A stretch of DNA of 64,000 bases from a bacterium (lineage in GTDB: Bacteria; Patescibacteriota; Minisyncoccia; Phycocordibacterales; UBA2100): contig JAEUQT010000003.1 in NCBI GenBank assembly GCA_016789445.1, positions 82,600 through 146,599 on the forward strand, in the 5' to 3' direction. The position numbers and the translations under genes were made by a program. Positions 51,088 through 59,721 of this stretch are shown here, piece after piece. The notes beneath the pieces were generated by a model, which did no database searches, was not told the origin of the DNA, and worked only from the letters and a program-made list of their open reading frames with translations. How positions within the stretch are numbered: position 1 is the stretch's first letter; each line of letters starts with the position of its first letter.

Positions 51088-51666
51088 CTAAACTAGCTCG
51101 TAGACTGTCCCCGCACGGATTCCTGACCTTTTGAGCTTTCCTTCGCGCACGAGCTGGCTTAGGTAGTTAGTCGCAGTCGCATCGCTCACCCGGAGCAGCT
51201 TTTCGACGTCGTCGTTTTTGATGGAGCGCTTGGCTTTGGCGAGGACAATGATTTTCTCCAATTTGGCTCGCTTTCGGAACTGCACTTTCTCGAGGGCGGC
51301 GTAGAGGCGATCTTTGATGTTTACCCCGTAGGATGCCGCGGGAGCGGCTATCGTATCGGGGGTGATTGCTGTCGGATTGGTTGGCGGTGAGACAGGGTCG
51401 GGCCCCTGTCGCAAGGCCGGACCAGCTTGGCTGGGAGGCGGGGTCGCGGAAAATCGTTCCGACGATTTATCTGTGACCGGGTTAGACGGCGGCCGTGAGG
51501 GTTGCGGCACTTCTGGTGCGGGAGTTTCCACCGGTGGGATTTCGGGAGATGGCTGGACAGCTTCGGGAACGGGAGGCGGCGGCGAAGCCGCCGCCGGGCT
51601 CTCGACAACAGGCGCGGTCGAAGTCGGAGTCTCTACGCTTACGCCTGCATCCGCGACGTCGCTCAT
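51088..51666 (-). CDS. Pro-rich protein with C-terminal winged-helix-like domain
   Basis: 192 aa. A P/S/A-rich disordered N-half, then DDVEKLLRVSDATATNYLSQLVREGKLKR (HTH-like). Confidence 0.55.
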   Translation of the reverse strand: MSDVADAGVSVETPTSTAPVVESPAAASPPPPVPEAVQPSPEIPPVETPAPEVPQPSRPPSNPVTDKSSERFSATPPPSQAGPALRQGPDPVSPPTNPTAITPDTIAAPAASYGVNIKDRLYAALEKVQFRKRAKLEKIIVLAKAKRSIKNDDVEKLLRVSDATATNYLSQLVREGKLKRSGIRAGTVYELV

Positions 51667-51730
51667 ATATGGATTATACGCCTCATATAAAAAACCGCCG
51701 CAGATATTCTCTGCGACGGGGAAAGAGCGG

Positions 51731-52003
51731 TTAGGCTAGTTTCGCGCGATGGATGGCTTCGGCGAGCTTCGGATCAGCCTCGTTGCAGATGCTGTCGAAG
51801 TAATTGTTCTGCACCATGTTCTGATGCTGGTGCAAAACGACCTGCTGTGCGAAATGGACGCTGTTTGCGTGTTCGCAGCTACGGCAAAGCCATGGCCCGA
51901 GCGCGACGCCGTTGCGAACGGACTTCGCGACCTGGCTTTCCTCGACCGGTTTACTACATTCGTCGCATCGAGGATCAGGAACGGGAACAAAGTAATCAGC
52001 CAT
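51731..52003 (-). CDS. hypothetical zinc-ribbon-like small protein (90 aa)
   Basis: CDEC...CRSC cysteine pairs; ORF track. Confidence 0.5.
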   Translation of the reverse strand: MADYFVPVPDPRCDECSKPVEESQVAKSVRNGVALGPWLCRSCEHANSVHFAQQVVLHQHQNMVQNNYFDSICNEADPKLAEAIHRAKLA

Positions 52004-52126
52004 AACAACCTCCTGTTTTCCTGGAGCATCCTATCTTCAAATAGAATAAAAGCCACCCCCGCATTGCTCCCGTGTGGTAGCTGTGGTTTAGTGCCCCCAG
52101 CCTGAACCTTAGGAAAGGATGAGGAC

Positions 52127-52654
52127 ATGGGCTGGTTTCCATTATTCCTACGTCGTAGCGCGCTCGGGAGCATCTGCGGACATCCGACGAAGCTCAAAGG
52201 AACGCTCTCGGCATTCGGCGAGACCATCAAGATGAAGATCAATCTGAGGGAGGACGGCTCGACGCCGTACTGCCTCGATTGCCTCGCGAAGATGTCCATC
52301 CGGTGCGGATGGTGCGGCAAGCCGATATTCATCGCCGACGTCGTCACGCTCTACTCGCCGACAACCACCGAGGAGTTCAATGCCCGATGGAAGGAGGATC
52401 TTCCCTTCACGCTCGTCGAGGATGCCGCGACCGGATTACGGCTGCCGGAGACGGCCGTCGTGTATCAACCGACACAGGGTCGCACGCGACCAACGATCGT
52501 CGGGTGCGGGCGCACCAGCTGTGCCGAGAGCGGCGCCGATTACGCCGGCACTTGGCTTCCGGGGAAATTCGGCAAGGGATACGCGCAACGTATCCGGACG
52601 CCGTATGAGCAATTGCTCAACGCCGAAGCCGGGACGATCACGAACGTACGATAA
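52127..52654 (+). CDS. hypothetical Cys-rich protein (175 aa)
   Basis: CLDC...CGWCG zinc-ribbon-like pairs; purine-rich Shine-Dalgarno sequence; own terminator. Confidence 0.55.
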   Translation: MGWFPLFLRRSALGSICGHPTKLKGTLSAFGETIKMKINLREDGSTPYCLDCLAKMSIRCGWCGKPIFIADVVTLYSPTTTEEFNARWKEDLPFTLVEDAATGLRLPETAVVYQPTQGRTRPTIVGCGRTSCAESGADYAGTWLPGKFGKGYAQRIRTPYEQLLNAEAGTITNVR

Positions 52655-52659
52655 GGCAT

Positions 52660-52692
52660 GCGGCCGCGCTCCAGCGCGGCCGCTTCTTTTTT
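52660..52692 (+). terminator. intrinsic terminator
   Basis: GCGGCCGCGC-TCCA-GCGCGGCCGC followed by TTCTTTTTT. Confidence 0.75.
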
Positions 52693-53101
52693 ACAAACTT
52701 TCAGCGAGCGTCTTGAAGTTATTTAAAATCGCCTGCCAGCCACCGATCTGGAATTCGTGCGGATTCTCGCTCTCCGGATCAAAGGAAACGCGGACATGGG
52801 TGCTATTGCCGAGCTCTTCAAACACGACCAGCGCTTTGCGGCCGTCGCTCATGGTGTACGCGATGCGCTCCGGCGCAACAACTTCGTCATACACACCGGT
52901 GAAATCAAAGCCCTCGGAGCCATCCTTGGCTTCCATGCGGGTGAGGAACTTCCCTCCTTCTTTAAGATCATTCTCGGCGCGCGGCGCGTGCCAGGTATCG
53001 TCAGCATGCGCCCACTTCGTGATGAACTTCGGATTCGTGTAGGCCTCCCACACCTTCTCGCGCTCGTTATTCACGATCGCTTCTACCGTAAGCTGCGCCA
53101 T
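52691..53101 (-). CDS. SRPBCC-superfamily protein (AHSA1-like), second copy
   Basis: 136 aa. REKVWEAYTNPKFITKW pattern. Paralogous in type to 34960-35418. Confidence 0.75.
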   Translation of the reverse strand: MAQLTVEAIVNNEREKVWEAYTNPKFITKWAHADDTWHAPRAENDLKEGGKFLTRMEAKDGSEGFDFTGVYDEVVAPERIAYTMSDGRKALVVFEELGNSTHVRVSFDPESENPHEFQIGGWQAILNNFKTLAESL

Positions 53102-53110
53102 AGTGCGATC

Positions 53111-53785
53111 TTACTGCTTCACGAGCGACTGGCGGATCGAGTCGAATTCGCCGAGAAGCGCTGGCATATTGAACTCACGCACCGTGCCTTCTGGGTAATT
53201 GCCGATCGCCGTCGAATGGATGTGGTAGCGCACCGCGGTGCACGGCTTGCTGCCCGTGAGGGCGAAGACGTACTCGTCGTAGCGATTGCCTGCACCGGCA
53301 TCGCTCGAAGTCGCGACGGAGTACGAAACGGCACCATCAGTGACCGGTACCGCCTTCACGTTGGCCGCAAGGAAGATGTCTCCCGTGCATGCATTCGCGC
53401 GCGGAAGCTGTTCGACGGAAATAAAGCTATCGGCGGAGAGATTCGTACCCGTGGCAACCTGCGCCGGAATGGTGAACTTCACGCCGAGGATCGGCTTGGT
53501 CGGCGAGACCGAGGTGTTGGCGAATTTGTCATCGACGGTGTAGCCCTGCGGATACTTGATCGAGATACCCATGGTCGTAGAAGCGAATTCACCGCGCTCG
53601 TCGGTGACGACGGGAGCCTGTTCTACCGGCGCGGGAGCCGGTTCTTCCGCGGGAGCACTGTTGGAAATCGCCTTCCAGGCGAGGAAACCGCCCACTACTA
53701 ATACAAGAAGGATGGCACCGGCGGCGATCGGCGACATGTTGCGGCCGCGGCGCGGGTTGCGTTCCTGTCCGAATTCATCTGGCAT
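53111..53785 (-). CDS. hypothetical membrane-anchored exported protein (224 aa)
   Basis: TM anchor (AAGAILLVLVVGGFLAW), then a beta-rich domain. The start could be MSPIAAG. Confidence 0.55.
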   Translation of the reverse strand: MPDEFGQERNPRRGRNMSPIAAGAILLVLVVGGFLAWKAISNSAPAEEPAPAPVEQAPVVTDERGEFASTTMGISIKYPQGYTVDDKFANTSVSPTKPILGVKFTIPAQVATGTNLSADSFISVEQLPRANACTGDIFLAANVKAVPVTDGAVSYSVATSSDAGAGNRYDEYVFALTGSKPCTAVRYHIHSTAIGNYPEGTVREFNMPALLGEFDSIRQSLVKQ

Positions 53786-53880
53786 GGCTTCAGTATCTCA
53801 CTCCCACTCCGGGCCGCAACCCTTTTGAGTCTTGACGCTTCATCTCGGCGTTGTACGCTAGCCGGAGAAAGGAGACGAAC

Positions 53881-54237
53881 ATGAATCGTTCTGAGTGCCG
53901 TAAGGCGATTATCGCGCATCTGCCGGTAGGAAGCTGGATGCGCGCGACCGAACTGCGTGCGTATATCGCGCACGAACTCGATACCGACGACGTGCCGCTC
54001 TCGATCTTTTCCCTGATGAACGACCGTGCCCGGCTCGCCGCGCTCGATGTCCCGTCGATCTGGAAGATCTGGCGGGAATTGCGGCGGATGCAGAAGGAAG
54101 GGCTCGTAGTATCGCGCCGGACCACCCGTTACCGGCTGAATCTGCCGGTGGGATACGTGCGGGAATGGAAGCTCCAGCGCGTCTGCCAGAAGCGGATGGT
54201 GCTCGAGACGCCGCCGCGCTACTCGGTCGTCCAATGA
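53881..54237 (+). CDS. hypothetical small winged-helix-like protein (118 aa)
   Basis: GAAAGGAG Shine-Dalgarno sequence; ELRRMQKEGLVVSRRTTRYRL wing-like segment; own terminator. Confidence 0.5.
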   Translation: MNRSECRKAIIAHLPVGSWMRATELRAYIAHELDTDDVPLSIFSLMNDRARLAALDVPSIWKIWRELRRMQKEGLVVSRRTTRYRLNLPVGYVREWKLQRVCQKRMVLETPPRYSVVQ

Positions 54238-54242
54238 ATACT

Positions 54243-54275
54243 GCCCGCCGTCGAAGACGGCGGGCATTTCTTTTT
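54243..54275 (+). terminator. intrinsic terminator
   Basis: GCCCGCCGTC-GAA-GACGGCGGGC followed by ATTTCTTTTT. Confidence 0.75.
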
Positions 54276-54335
54276 CATTTGACAATCACCCGTCGCACCC
54301 TACTCTTGGCAGAGGACTTTGAGAAAGGACATCCG

Positions 54336-54695
54336 ATGTCAGAAGCCGAAGTTCTTGAGAGCGAGTTGGAGAGATTCATCCTGCCGCATCTTCACCGGTT
54401 CCGCTCGACCACTATCGCAGAATTGCGGCAATGGATGGCGGAATGCAGGAAAAGCTGTAACACGTGGCCGCTGTCGGCCTCCATCGTCGAGAAGCTTTTC
54501 GGCGAAGACGCCGCCCTCGCGTGGGTCGGCATCCCGAGCGAAGATCATCTGCAGAAAGCACTCGACACGCTGCGCGATCGCGGCGAAGTCGAGAAGATCA
54601 GCGGTTCGTGGCGGCTCACCCGGATCGGCGCGCTCATGCGCCGGCTCGAACAGGTCGAACACGAGATGGATGAATGCAAGCCGCCGACTCGATAG
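54336..54695 (+). CDS. hypothetical small winged-helix-like protein (119 aa), likely paralog of the preceding gene
   Basis: GAAAGGA Shine-Dalgarno sequence; LDTLRDRGEVEKISGSWRLTRIG wing-like segment; own terminator. Confidence 0.5.
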   Translation: MSEAEVLESELERFILPHLHRFRSTTIAELRQWMAECRKSCNTWPLSASIVEKLFGEDAALAWVGIPSEDHLQKALDTLRDRGEVEKISGSWRLTRIGALMRRLEQVEHEMDECKPPTR

Positions 54696-54700
54696 CCACC

Positions 54701-54730
54701 GCCCGCCGTCTTCGACGGCGGGCTTTTTTT
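54701..54730 (+). terminator. intrinsic terminator
   Basis: GCCCGCCGTC-TTC-GACGGCGGGC followed by TTTTTTT. This is the exact reverse complement of the 54243 hairpin. Confidence 0.75.
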
Positions 54731-55058
54731 AGAGATACTGCTTCGCGTATTCGATCATCGCCTTCTCGATGATGCGCAACCCTGCGCCTTTTTCGGTGGC
54801 TTCATACACCCCTTCGTCTGACTTCGCGATAAGCCCGCGTTTCTTGAGCGTGTCTAATTTGAGGGTCAGCGTGCGCGAGGAGATGCCGTTGAGCCACTTT
54901 TCAAGCTCGGAAAAGCGCTTCGGACCCTCCGTGAGAGAGCGCATGATGAGCATCGTCCAGGTATCCGAGAGGATCTCGGCGACTTTCGTCGTGGGACAAT
55001 CGCTGCGCGAGGTGCTGCAATCGTCGGCGCGCTTTTTCATCGGGGCTTTCGTCGTCAT
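54729..55058 (-). CDS. HxlR-family transcriptional regulator
   Basis: From MTTKAP. CPTTKVAEILSDTWTMLIMRSLTEGPKRFSELEKWLNGISSRTLTLKLDTLKKRGLI is the HxlR wHTH signature. Confidence 0.85.
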   Translation of the reverse strand: MTTKAPMKKRADDCSTSRSDCPTTKVAEILSDTWTMLIMRSLTEGPKRFSELEKWLNGISSRTLTLKLDTLKKRGLIAKSDEGVYEATEKGAGLRIIEKAMIEYAKQYL

Positions 55059-55085
55059 GGAGAGAATATAGCACGTCGAAGGTGC

Positions 55086-55139
55086 TTTACAAAGTACAGT
55101 AAATGACGCCGAACGCGATATACACTTTACATTGTAAAG
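55086..55139. promoter_or_regulatory. candidate HxlR operators (TTTAC/GTAAA half-sites)
   Basis: TTTAC-N8-GTAAA (55086-55103) and the perfect palindrome CTTTACATTGTAAAG (55125-55139), both in the divergent intergenic region. Confidence 0.45.
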
Positions 55140-55180
55140 CATACGCGCATACTTACCTTCTATCACTAACCCTACGCACC

Positions 55181-55798
55181 ATGGATTATGCAACGCTCGC
55201 CTCTGAGGCAACTATCACGAAGACGGCTGAGAACATCACGCCGCGAAATTTCATCCCTCATGTCGTCGCCGATCGCGCGGCAGCACTTACCCTCATCAAG
55301 GAACTGATCCCTCAGGGTGCATCGGTGCAGACCGGCACCTCGCGCACGCTCGAGGAGATCGGCTTCATCGATTATTTGAAAGACGGTGAACATGGATGGG
55401 ACAATCTCAAGGGTACAGTCGCCAACGAGAAGGACCCTGCTACGCAGACAAGGCTTCGCAAGGAAGCGACGATGAGCGATTTCTACCTCGGCAGCGCACA
55501 CGCACTCACGGAAGACGGCGAGATCTACATCGCCTCGAATACCGGCAGCCAGCTGCCGAATGTGGTCTTCAACTCCCCGAACGTCATTCTGGTGATTGGC
55601 GCACAAAAGATTGTCCCCGACAGGGCGCATGCCTTTGACCGCATCGAGAAACACGTCGTCCCGCTTGAAGACGAGCGCATGATGCAGGCGATGAACGCCC
55701 ATACCCAGTGGTCCAAGACCTTCGTCTTCAGCAAGGAGCCGGCCTTCAACCAGCGCCAGATCCACGTCGTGATCGTGAAGGAAAAGCTAGGGTTCTAG
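55181..55798 (+). CDS. LUD-domain (LutC/YkgG-like) protein
   Basis: From MDYATL. The GSAHALTEDGEIYIASNTGSQL and VILVIGAQKIVP patterns are typical of the LUD domain. Confidence 0.75.
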   Translation: MDYATLASEATITKTAENITPRNFIPHVVADRAAALTLIKELIPQGASVQTGTSRTLEEIGFIDYLKDGEHGWDNLKGTVANEKDPATQTRLRKEATMSDFYLGSAHALTEDGEIYIASNTGSQLPNVVFNSPNVILVIGAQKIVPDRAHAFDRIEKHVVPLEDERMMQAMNAHTQWSKTFVFSKEPAFNQRQIHVVIVKEKLGF

Positions 55799-56524
55799 CT
55801 CCATCATTTCCGGCATCGGTCCGCGCGGCGGGCCACCTCCTTCTTTGCGCACCCCGAACGCTTCAATGACGCCGTCATCTTCCCTGCCAGCAATGAATAC
55901 GATGTCTCCCACCCTGAGGCCCGTGGTCGTCGCGCGGCGATCATCCATTGGCAGAATGATTTCGAGGGTCGTCGTCGCGTTGCGGGTATCTTCGACGGTA
56001 ATCACGTTTCCCTCGATAGCCAGGATAGTGCAGCGACAGATCCCGCTTCCGCGCGGATGCGGCCGATGCGCATCATCATAGAATCCGCGCATCGGCGGCG
56101 GCAGGTGTTCGCGACGCTCCTGGAGCGCCTCATTGAATTGGGCACGGTCGAGCACGAATCCGAAGGCGAGTGATGCTACCAGAAGCACCGCAAGCAGGTG
56201 GAGTATCGGCACACGATAGCCGAAGCGGAAGTATCGCAAGAGCCACTGCAATACGGCGATGAACGCGATATCCAGGATCAAGAGCAACCACGGGAAGAAG
56301 GTAAGGAACGCACGTACGCCCTGCGGCCCGAATGAGAGTAGCGCCGTCTCGTTGCCGATGCGGATCGAGAAGAATATGAAATTGAAGATGAATACCGTGA
56401 CCGCGACGATCGCGACCGACACCACGGCGAGAGCGGCGACTTTGAGCGAGAAATATACACGCGGCGTCATCCCCACGTTGCCCGCATGGATCTCTTTGAG
56501 AAGCCTGTCTTTTAGATCGCTCAT
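55787..56524 (-). CDS. membrane protein downstream of ECF sigma (putative anti-sigma/partner)
   Basis: 245 aa with 4 TM helices plus a C-terminal soluble domain. Its start overlaps the sigma gene stop by 4 nt. Confidence 0.6.
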   Translation of the reverse strand: MSDLKDRLLKEIHAGNVGMTPRVYFSLKVAALAVVSVAIVAVTVFIFNFIFFSIRIGNETALLSFGPQGVRAFLTFFPWLLLILDIAFIAVLQWLLRYFRFGYRVPILHLLAVLLVASLAFGFVLDRAQFNEALQERREHLPPPMRGFYDDAHRPHPRGSGICRCTILAIEGNVITVEDTRNATTTLEIILPMDDRRATTTGLRVGDIVFIAGREDDGVIEAFGVRKEGGGPPRGPMPEMMELEP

Positions 56525-57114
56525 ATGATGTCTCGTAGCGGTTCTCGTAATGCCTCCCGCAATGCCTCCTTCGCGCGGCGCATGCGGATTCCCACCGTTC
56601 CCATCGGGATCTGCAGCACATCCGCCATGTCCTTGTAGGACAGCTCTTCGTAGTAATGCAGCACCAATACCTCGCGGTACTTCGGGCTCAACTTCTCCAG
56701 TCCGGTATCAATCATAGCGCGTATTTCCTTCAATTCGCGTTCCGTCTCCGCCGATTCGTCGACCACGTGATGTGCAAGAAATGTATCGAAATCGATATCA
56801 ACTGGGCCATGCTGATTCTTTCGCAGATGATTAGCAAATGCATTGTGTGCGATGCGATATATCCACGGAGAGAATCGTAGTGACGCATCGAAGCCCTGGA
56901 TACTGCGGTAGACACTGATGAAGACATCTTGGACGACGTCGGTGATGTCGTCGGCGCGTGCGATGAATTTGGTGCCATAACGGTGCAATTTCTTCTCGTA
57001 GCGGTCGACCAACTCGCCGAACGCGTCGATATCCCCGCGCTGCACGCGGATCGCTATCTCTTCGTCGGTGAGGGGTGTCTGGTCCACCACGCTATAGTAC
57101 ACGCGAACCTTCAT
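56521..57114 (-). CDS. RNA polymerase sigma-70 family, ECF-type sigma factor
   Basis: Region 2 (DVVQDVFISVYRSIQGFD...FSPWIYRIAHNAFANHLRK) and region 4 (EVLVLHYYEELSYKDMADVLQIPMGTVGIRMRRAKEAL). Confidence 0.9.
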   Translation of the reverse strand: MKVRVYYSVVDQTPLTDEEIAIRVQRGDIDAFGELVDRYEKKLHRYGTKFIARADDITDVVQDVFISVYRSIQGFDASLRFSPWIYRIAHNAFANHLRKNQHGPVDIDFDTFLAHHVVDESAETERELKEIRAMIDTGLEKLSPKYREVLVLHYYEELSYKDMADVLQIPMGTVGIRMRRAKEALREALREPLRDII

Positions 57115-57179
57115 TTTTCTTTCACCTATCTTTCAAAGGGAAAAGCCCCCGATCGGGGGCTTTTCGCATGAGAGAACCC

Positions 57180-57824
57180 TTACTGTTGTGCCGGTGGCTC
57201 CGGAAGATCATCCATGATCTGTGTCGCCGTCACCGAATTGCCCGAGACCGTTCCCTGGACGCCGATGCGATCCCCGACCGCGATGTCTGAGATGCTGCCC
57301 GCAACCATTTTCTGGACCGTCGCGCTACCGGCGTTCACCGTGTAGCTCTGGCCGTCCTTGCCCGTCACCGTGATGGTATTCCCATCGACCGCCGTGACCT
57401 GGCCCATGACGCCATGTCCGCGCCCGCCTGGGCCGCCGAAGCCATGTCCGCCTTTCGGCATGCCACTCATGACTTTCGTCGCGGTGAGTGTCGTGCCATC
57501 AAGCGTGCCTTCTGCCATCACATGACCGCCGACCGTGACGCTCGAGATGTCCGACGAAGCGCCATCTTTTATGAACGTCGCACCGCTGGCATCAATGGTG
57601 TAGGTGCCGCCTTTGCGCATATCGTTCACCGTGATCGTGGTGCCACTCACCGCCGTGACCTCGCCGCCGACGTGCGGCGTCGATTCATCGAACATGTGGC
57701 GTTCCTGATTCGTGTTGGTAGAAGTGTCGGCGGAAACCATGCCGACGTATCCCGCGATACCGCCACCGAGGAGCATGAGACCGCCAAGGATGGGGAGCGT
57801 GATGAATTTCTGAGAGTTCGTCAT
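57180..57824 (-). CDS. exported protein with two DUF5666-like beta repeats
   Basis: TM/signal anchor. Two repeats of G.VTAV.G.TITV....G..YT..A..AT.......S.I.VGD.. separated by a Gly-rich linker. Confidence 0.6.
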   Translation of the reverse strand: MTNSQKFITLPILGGLMLLGGGIAGYVGMVSADTSTNTNQERHMFDESTPHVGGEVTAVSGTTITVNDMRKGGTYTIDASGATFIKDGASSDISSVTVGGHVMAEGTLDGTTLTATKVMSGMPKGGHGFGGPGGRGHGVMGQVTAVDGNTITVTGKDGQSYTVNAGSATVQKMVAGSISDIAVGDRIGVQGTVSGNSVTATQIMDDLPEPPAQQ

Positions 57825-57894
57825 AATCGAATGTACTAGTTTTCTAATGTGGAGGCGTCCCCCGCACGTATCTAGTACACCCCTTCTCGCCGGT

Positions 57895-59247
57895 TTATTT
57901 CACCTGAGCCACCGCCGGCAAGACGATGACGAACGTCGTCCCCGCGCCAAGGATCGATTCGACGCGGATGGTGCCGTTGTGGGCTTTCAGTGCCTCCTTG
58001 GTGAGGAAAAGGCCGAGACCCGTCCCCTCCTTCTTGGAAGCCGCAGCGGCAGCAGTGCGCTCGTATCCCTTGAAAATGCGTTCCTGATCCTCCTTCGCAA
58101 TGCCGTTGCCTTGATCACTGATGCTGATCTCGTGCATGCCGTCTTTGAGCATGTACGCCACCAAGACGCGGGTGTTCTCTTTCGTGTATTTCACCGCGTT
58201 GACGATGATATTGAAGAGGATCTGGCGCAGGTACTCCTGATTCGCATGCACCGTGATGCCTTCGTGGAGCTGTGCATCCATTTCCAGCCGCACGTTGCGC
58301 GCGGCGGCCGTGAGCGCGAGATCGTCGAAAACCTCCTTCACTGCCTTGCGCAGCGGCACTTCATCGCGGCGCAGTTCATTCGCCTTCCCTTCGAGCGCAT
58401 TCACCGAGAGGAAGTTGGAGATGCGGTAGATGAGATCGACGGTGTTCGCGTAGGATTTGAGCACCATCCCTTTCTCTTCTTCCGGTATCGGATTCTTCGA
58501 GGTGAGGACGCTGCCGAGCGCCCAACGGATGCCGGTGAGCGGCGAGCGGATCTCATGCGAGGCGATGGCGAGGAATTCCCCCTTCTTGCGGACGTATTTC
58601 AATTCCTGCTCACGCGTATACCACGCGAAGCCGATGAGGAGCGCGATGAGGAACGAGACGATGAACGGGATGCTCGCGTAGAAGAGCGCATTGCGCAGAT
58701 ATTCGTCGGCCGGCACATCGACGCCCAAGAGCCCGACCACCTGCCCGTACTGATCATAGATAGGCGCCGAGCCCGAGACCCACGTGCCCCAGCGATCGGT
58801 GGTCTGTTCCGAGTAACTCTTCCCCGTCTGGAAGACGCGATGCATCATCTCCGACGCTTCGTCGTAGGTCTGTCCGGGCGGCGAGTAATCCTCCGAATCG
58901 GAACGTTCGGAATCCATATAGAAGAAGAGCATGCCGTCCGGCCGCTGCCCGACGATATAGATGAACCGCACATCAGGGTTCGCGAGGCGCACCAGCTGGA
59001 GCGTGGCCTTCATCGCGCGATAGCGCGTGTCGTAGAGATCCGCTTCGGTTCCGCTCAATTGCTTCAGGTTCTCGTAATCCACCATGAGCGCGATGGTGTT
59101 GGTGCGATCAAGGATGTGCTTCTGGAGGTTCTGATCGACGCGTTCATACACGTAGAAGCCGCCGGCCGCGCCGATGATAAGCAGCACCGCCATGATAGAG
59201 AGGTAGGGCAGGAACGGCATCGTGCGGACGTTCGAGGGCGTCATCAT
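57895..59247 (-). CDS. sensor histidine kinase with extracytoplasmic (Cache/PDC-like) domain
   Basis: 2 TM helices flank a periplasmic domain. HisKA H-box (IASHEIRSPLTGI) and HATPase N/G boxes (NAVKYT, DQGNGI, GTGLGL). Confidence 0.88.
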   Translation of the reverse strand: MMTPSNVRTMPFLPYLSIMAVLLIIGAAGGFYVYERVDQNLQKHILDRTNTIALMVDYENLKQLSGTEADLYDTRYRAMKATLQLVRLANPDVRFIYIVGQRPDGMLFFYMDSERSDSEDYSPPGQTYDEASEMMHRVFQTGKSYSEQTTDRWGTWVSGSAPIYDQYGQVVGLLGVDVPADEYLRNALFYASIPFIVSFLIALLIGFAWYTREQELKYVRKKGEFLAIASHEIRSPLTGIRWALGSVLTSKNPIPEEEKGMVLKSYANTVDLIYRISNFLSVNALEGKANELRRDEVPLRKAVKEVFDDLALTAAARNVRLEMDAQLHEGITVHANQEYLRQILFNIIVNAVKYTKENTRVLVAYMLKDGMHEISISDQGNGIAKEDQERIFKGYERTAAAAASKKEGTGLGLFLTKEALKAHNGTIRVESILGAGTTFVIVLPAVAQVK

Positions 59248-59375
59248 TACGGGAAGTATAGCGCCGCTTCATGCACGCCAGCCGGGTTATCAAGGCATGC
59301 CTTCGCACATCTCGTTGACTTTTCCTCGTGAGACGTTTTAATACGCAGCGACTGCAACAACCGAAAGGAACGACT

Positions 59376-59609
59376 GTGACAGTCAGAACGATTCCGCTTC
59401 CCTTACCTCCCCTGAAGAAAGGTCTTCGCTATCGGCTTTCAAAGCCGGTACAGTCGAGCTTCAAGTGGTACAAGGAAGTGATCTACGACGGACGGGTCGA
59501 CGGTCGCGATGCCATGTGGGTACGCGGCACACCTGATAGCGGCGGGCCGGAGAACCGGATTCTCCTGTTCGGCCCGCAGATCAAGGACATCGAATTCCAT
59601 CCCGTTTGA
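59376..59609 (+). CDS. hypothetical small protein (77 aa, GTG start)
   Basis: Promoter-like TTGACT-17-TTAATA at 59316-59344 overlaps the 59328 start given in the ORF track, so the GTG at 59376 after GAAAGGAA is preferred. Terminator follows. Confidence 0.45.
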   Translation: MTVRTIPLPLPPLKKGLRYRLSKPVQSSFKWYKEVIYDGRVDGRDAMWVRGTPDSGGPENRILLFGPQIKDIEFHPV

Positions 59610-59721
59610 ACGCGGCCGCCCCGGAAACAACTGTTTCCGCGGGCGGTTTTTTCTCATACTTTGACACTTTTCTATTACAATGGCATTTTAATGCCAGCTT
59701 GATCTTGCAAAGGAGGTAGGC

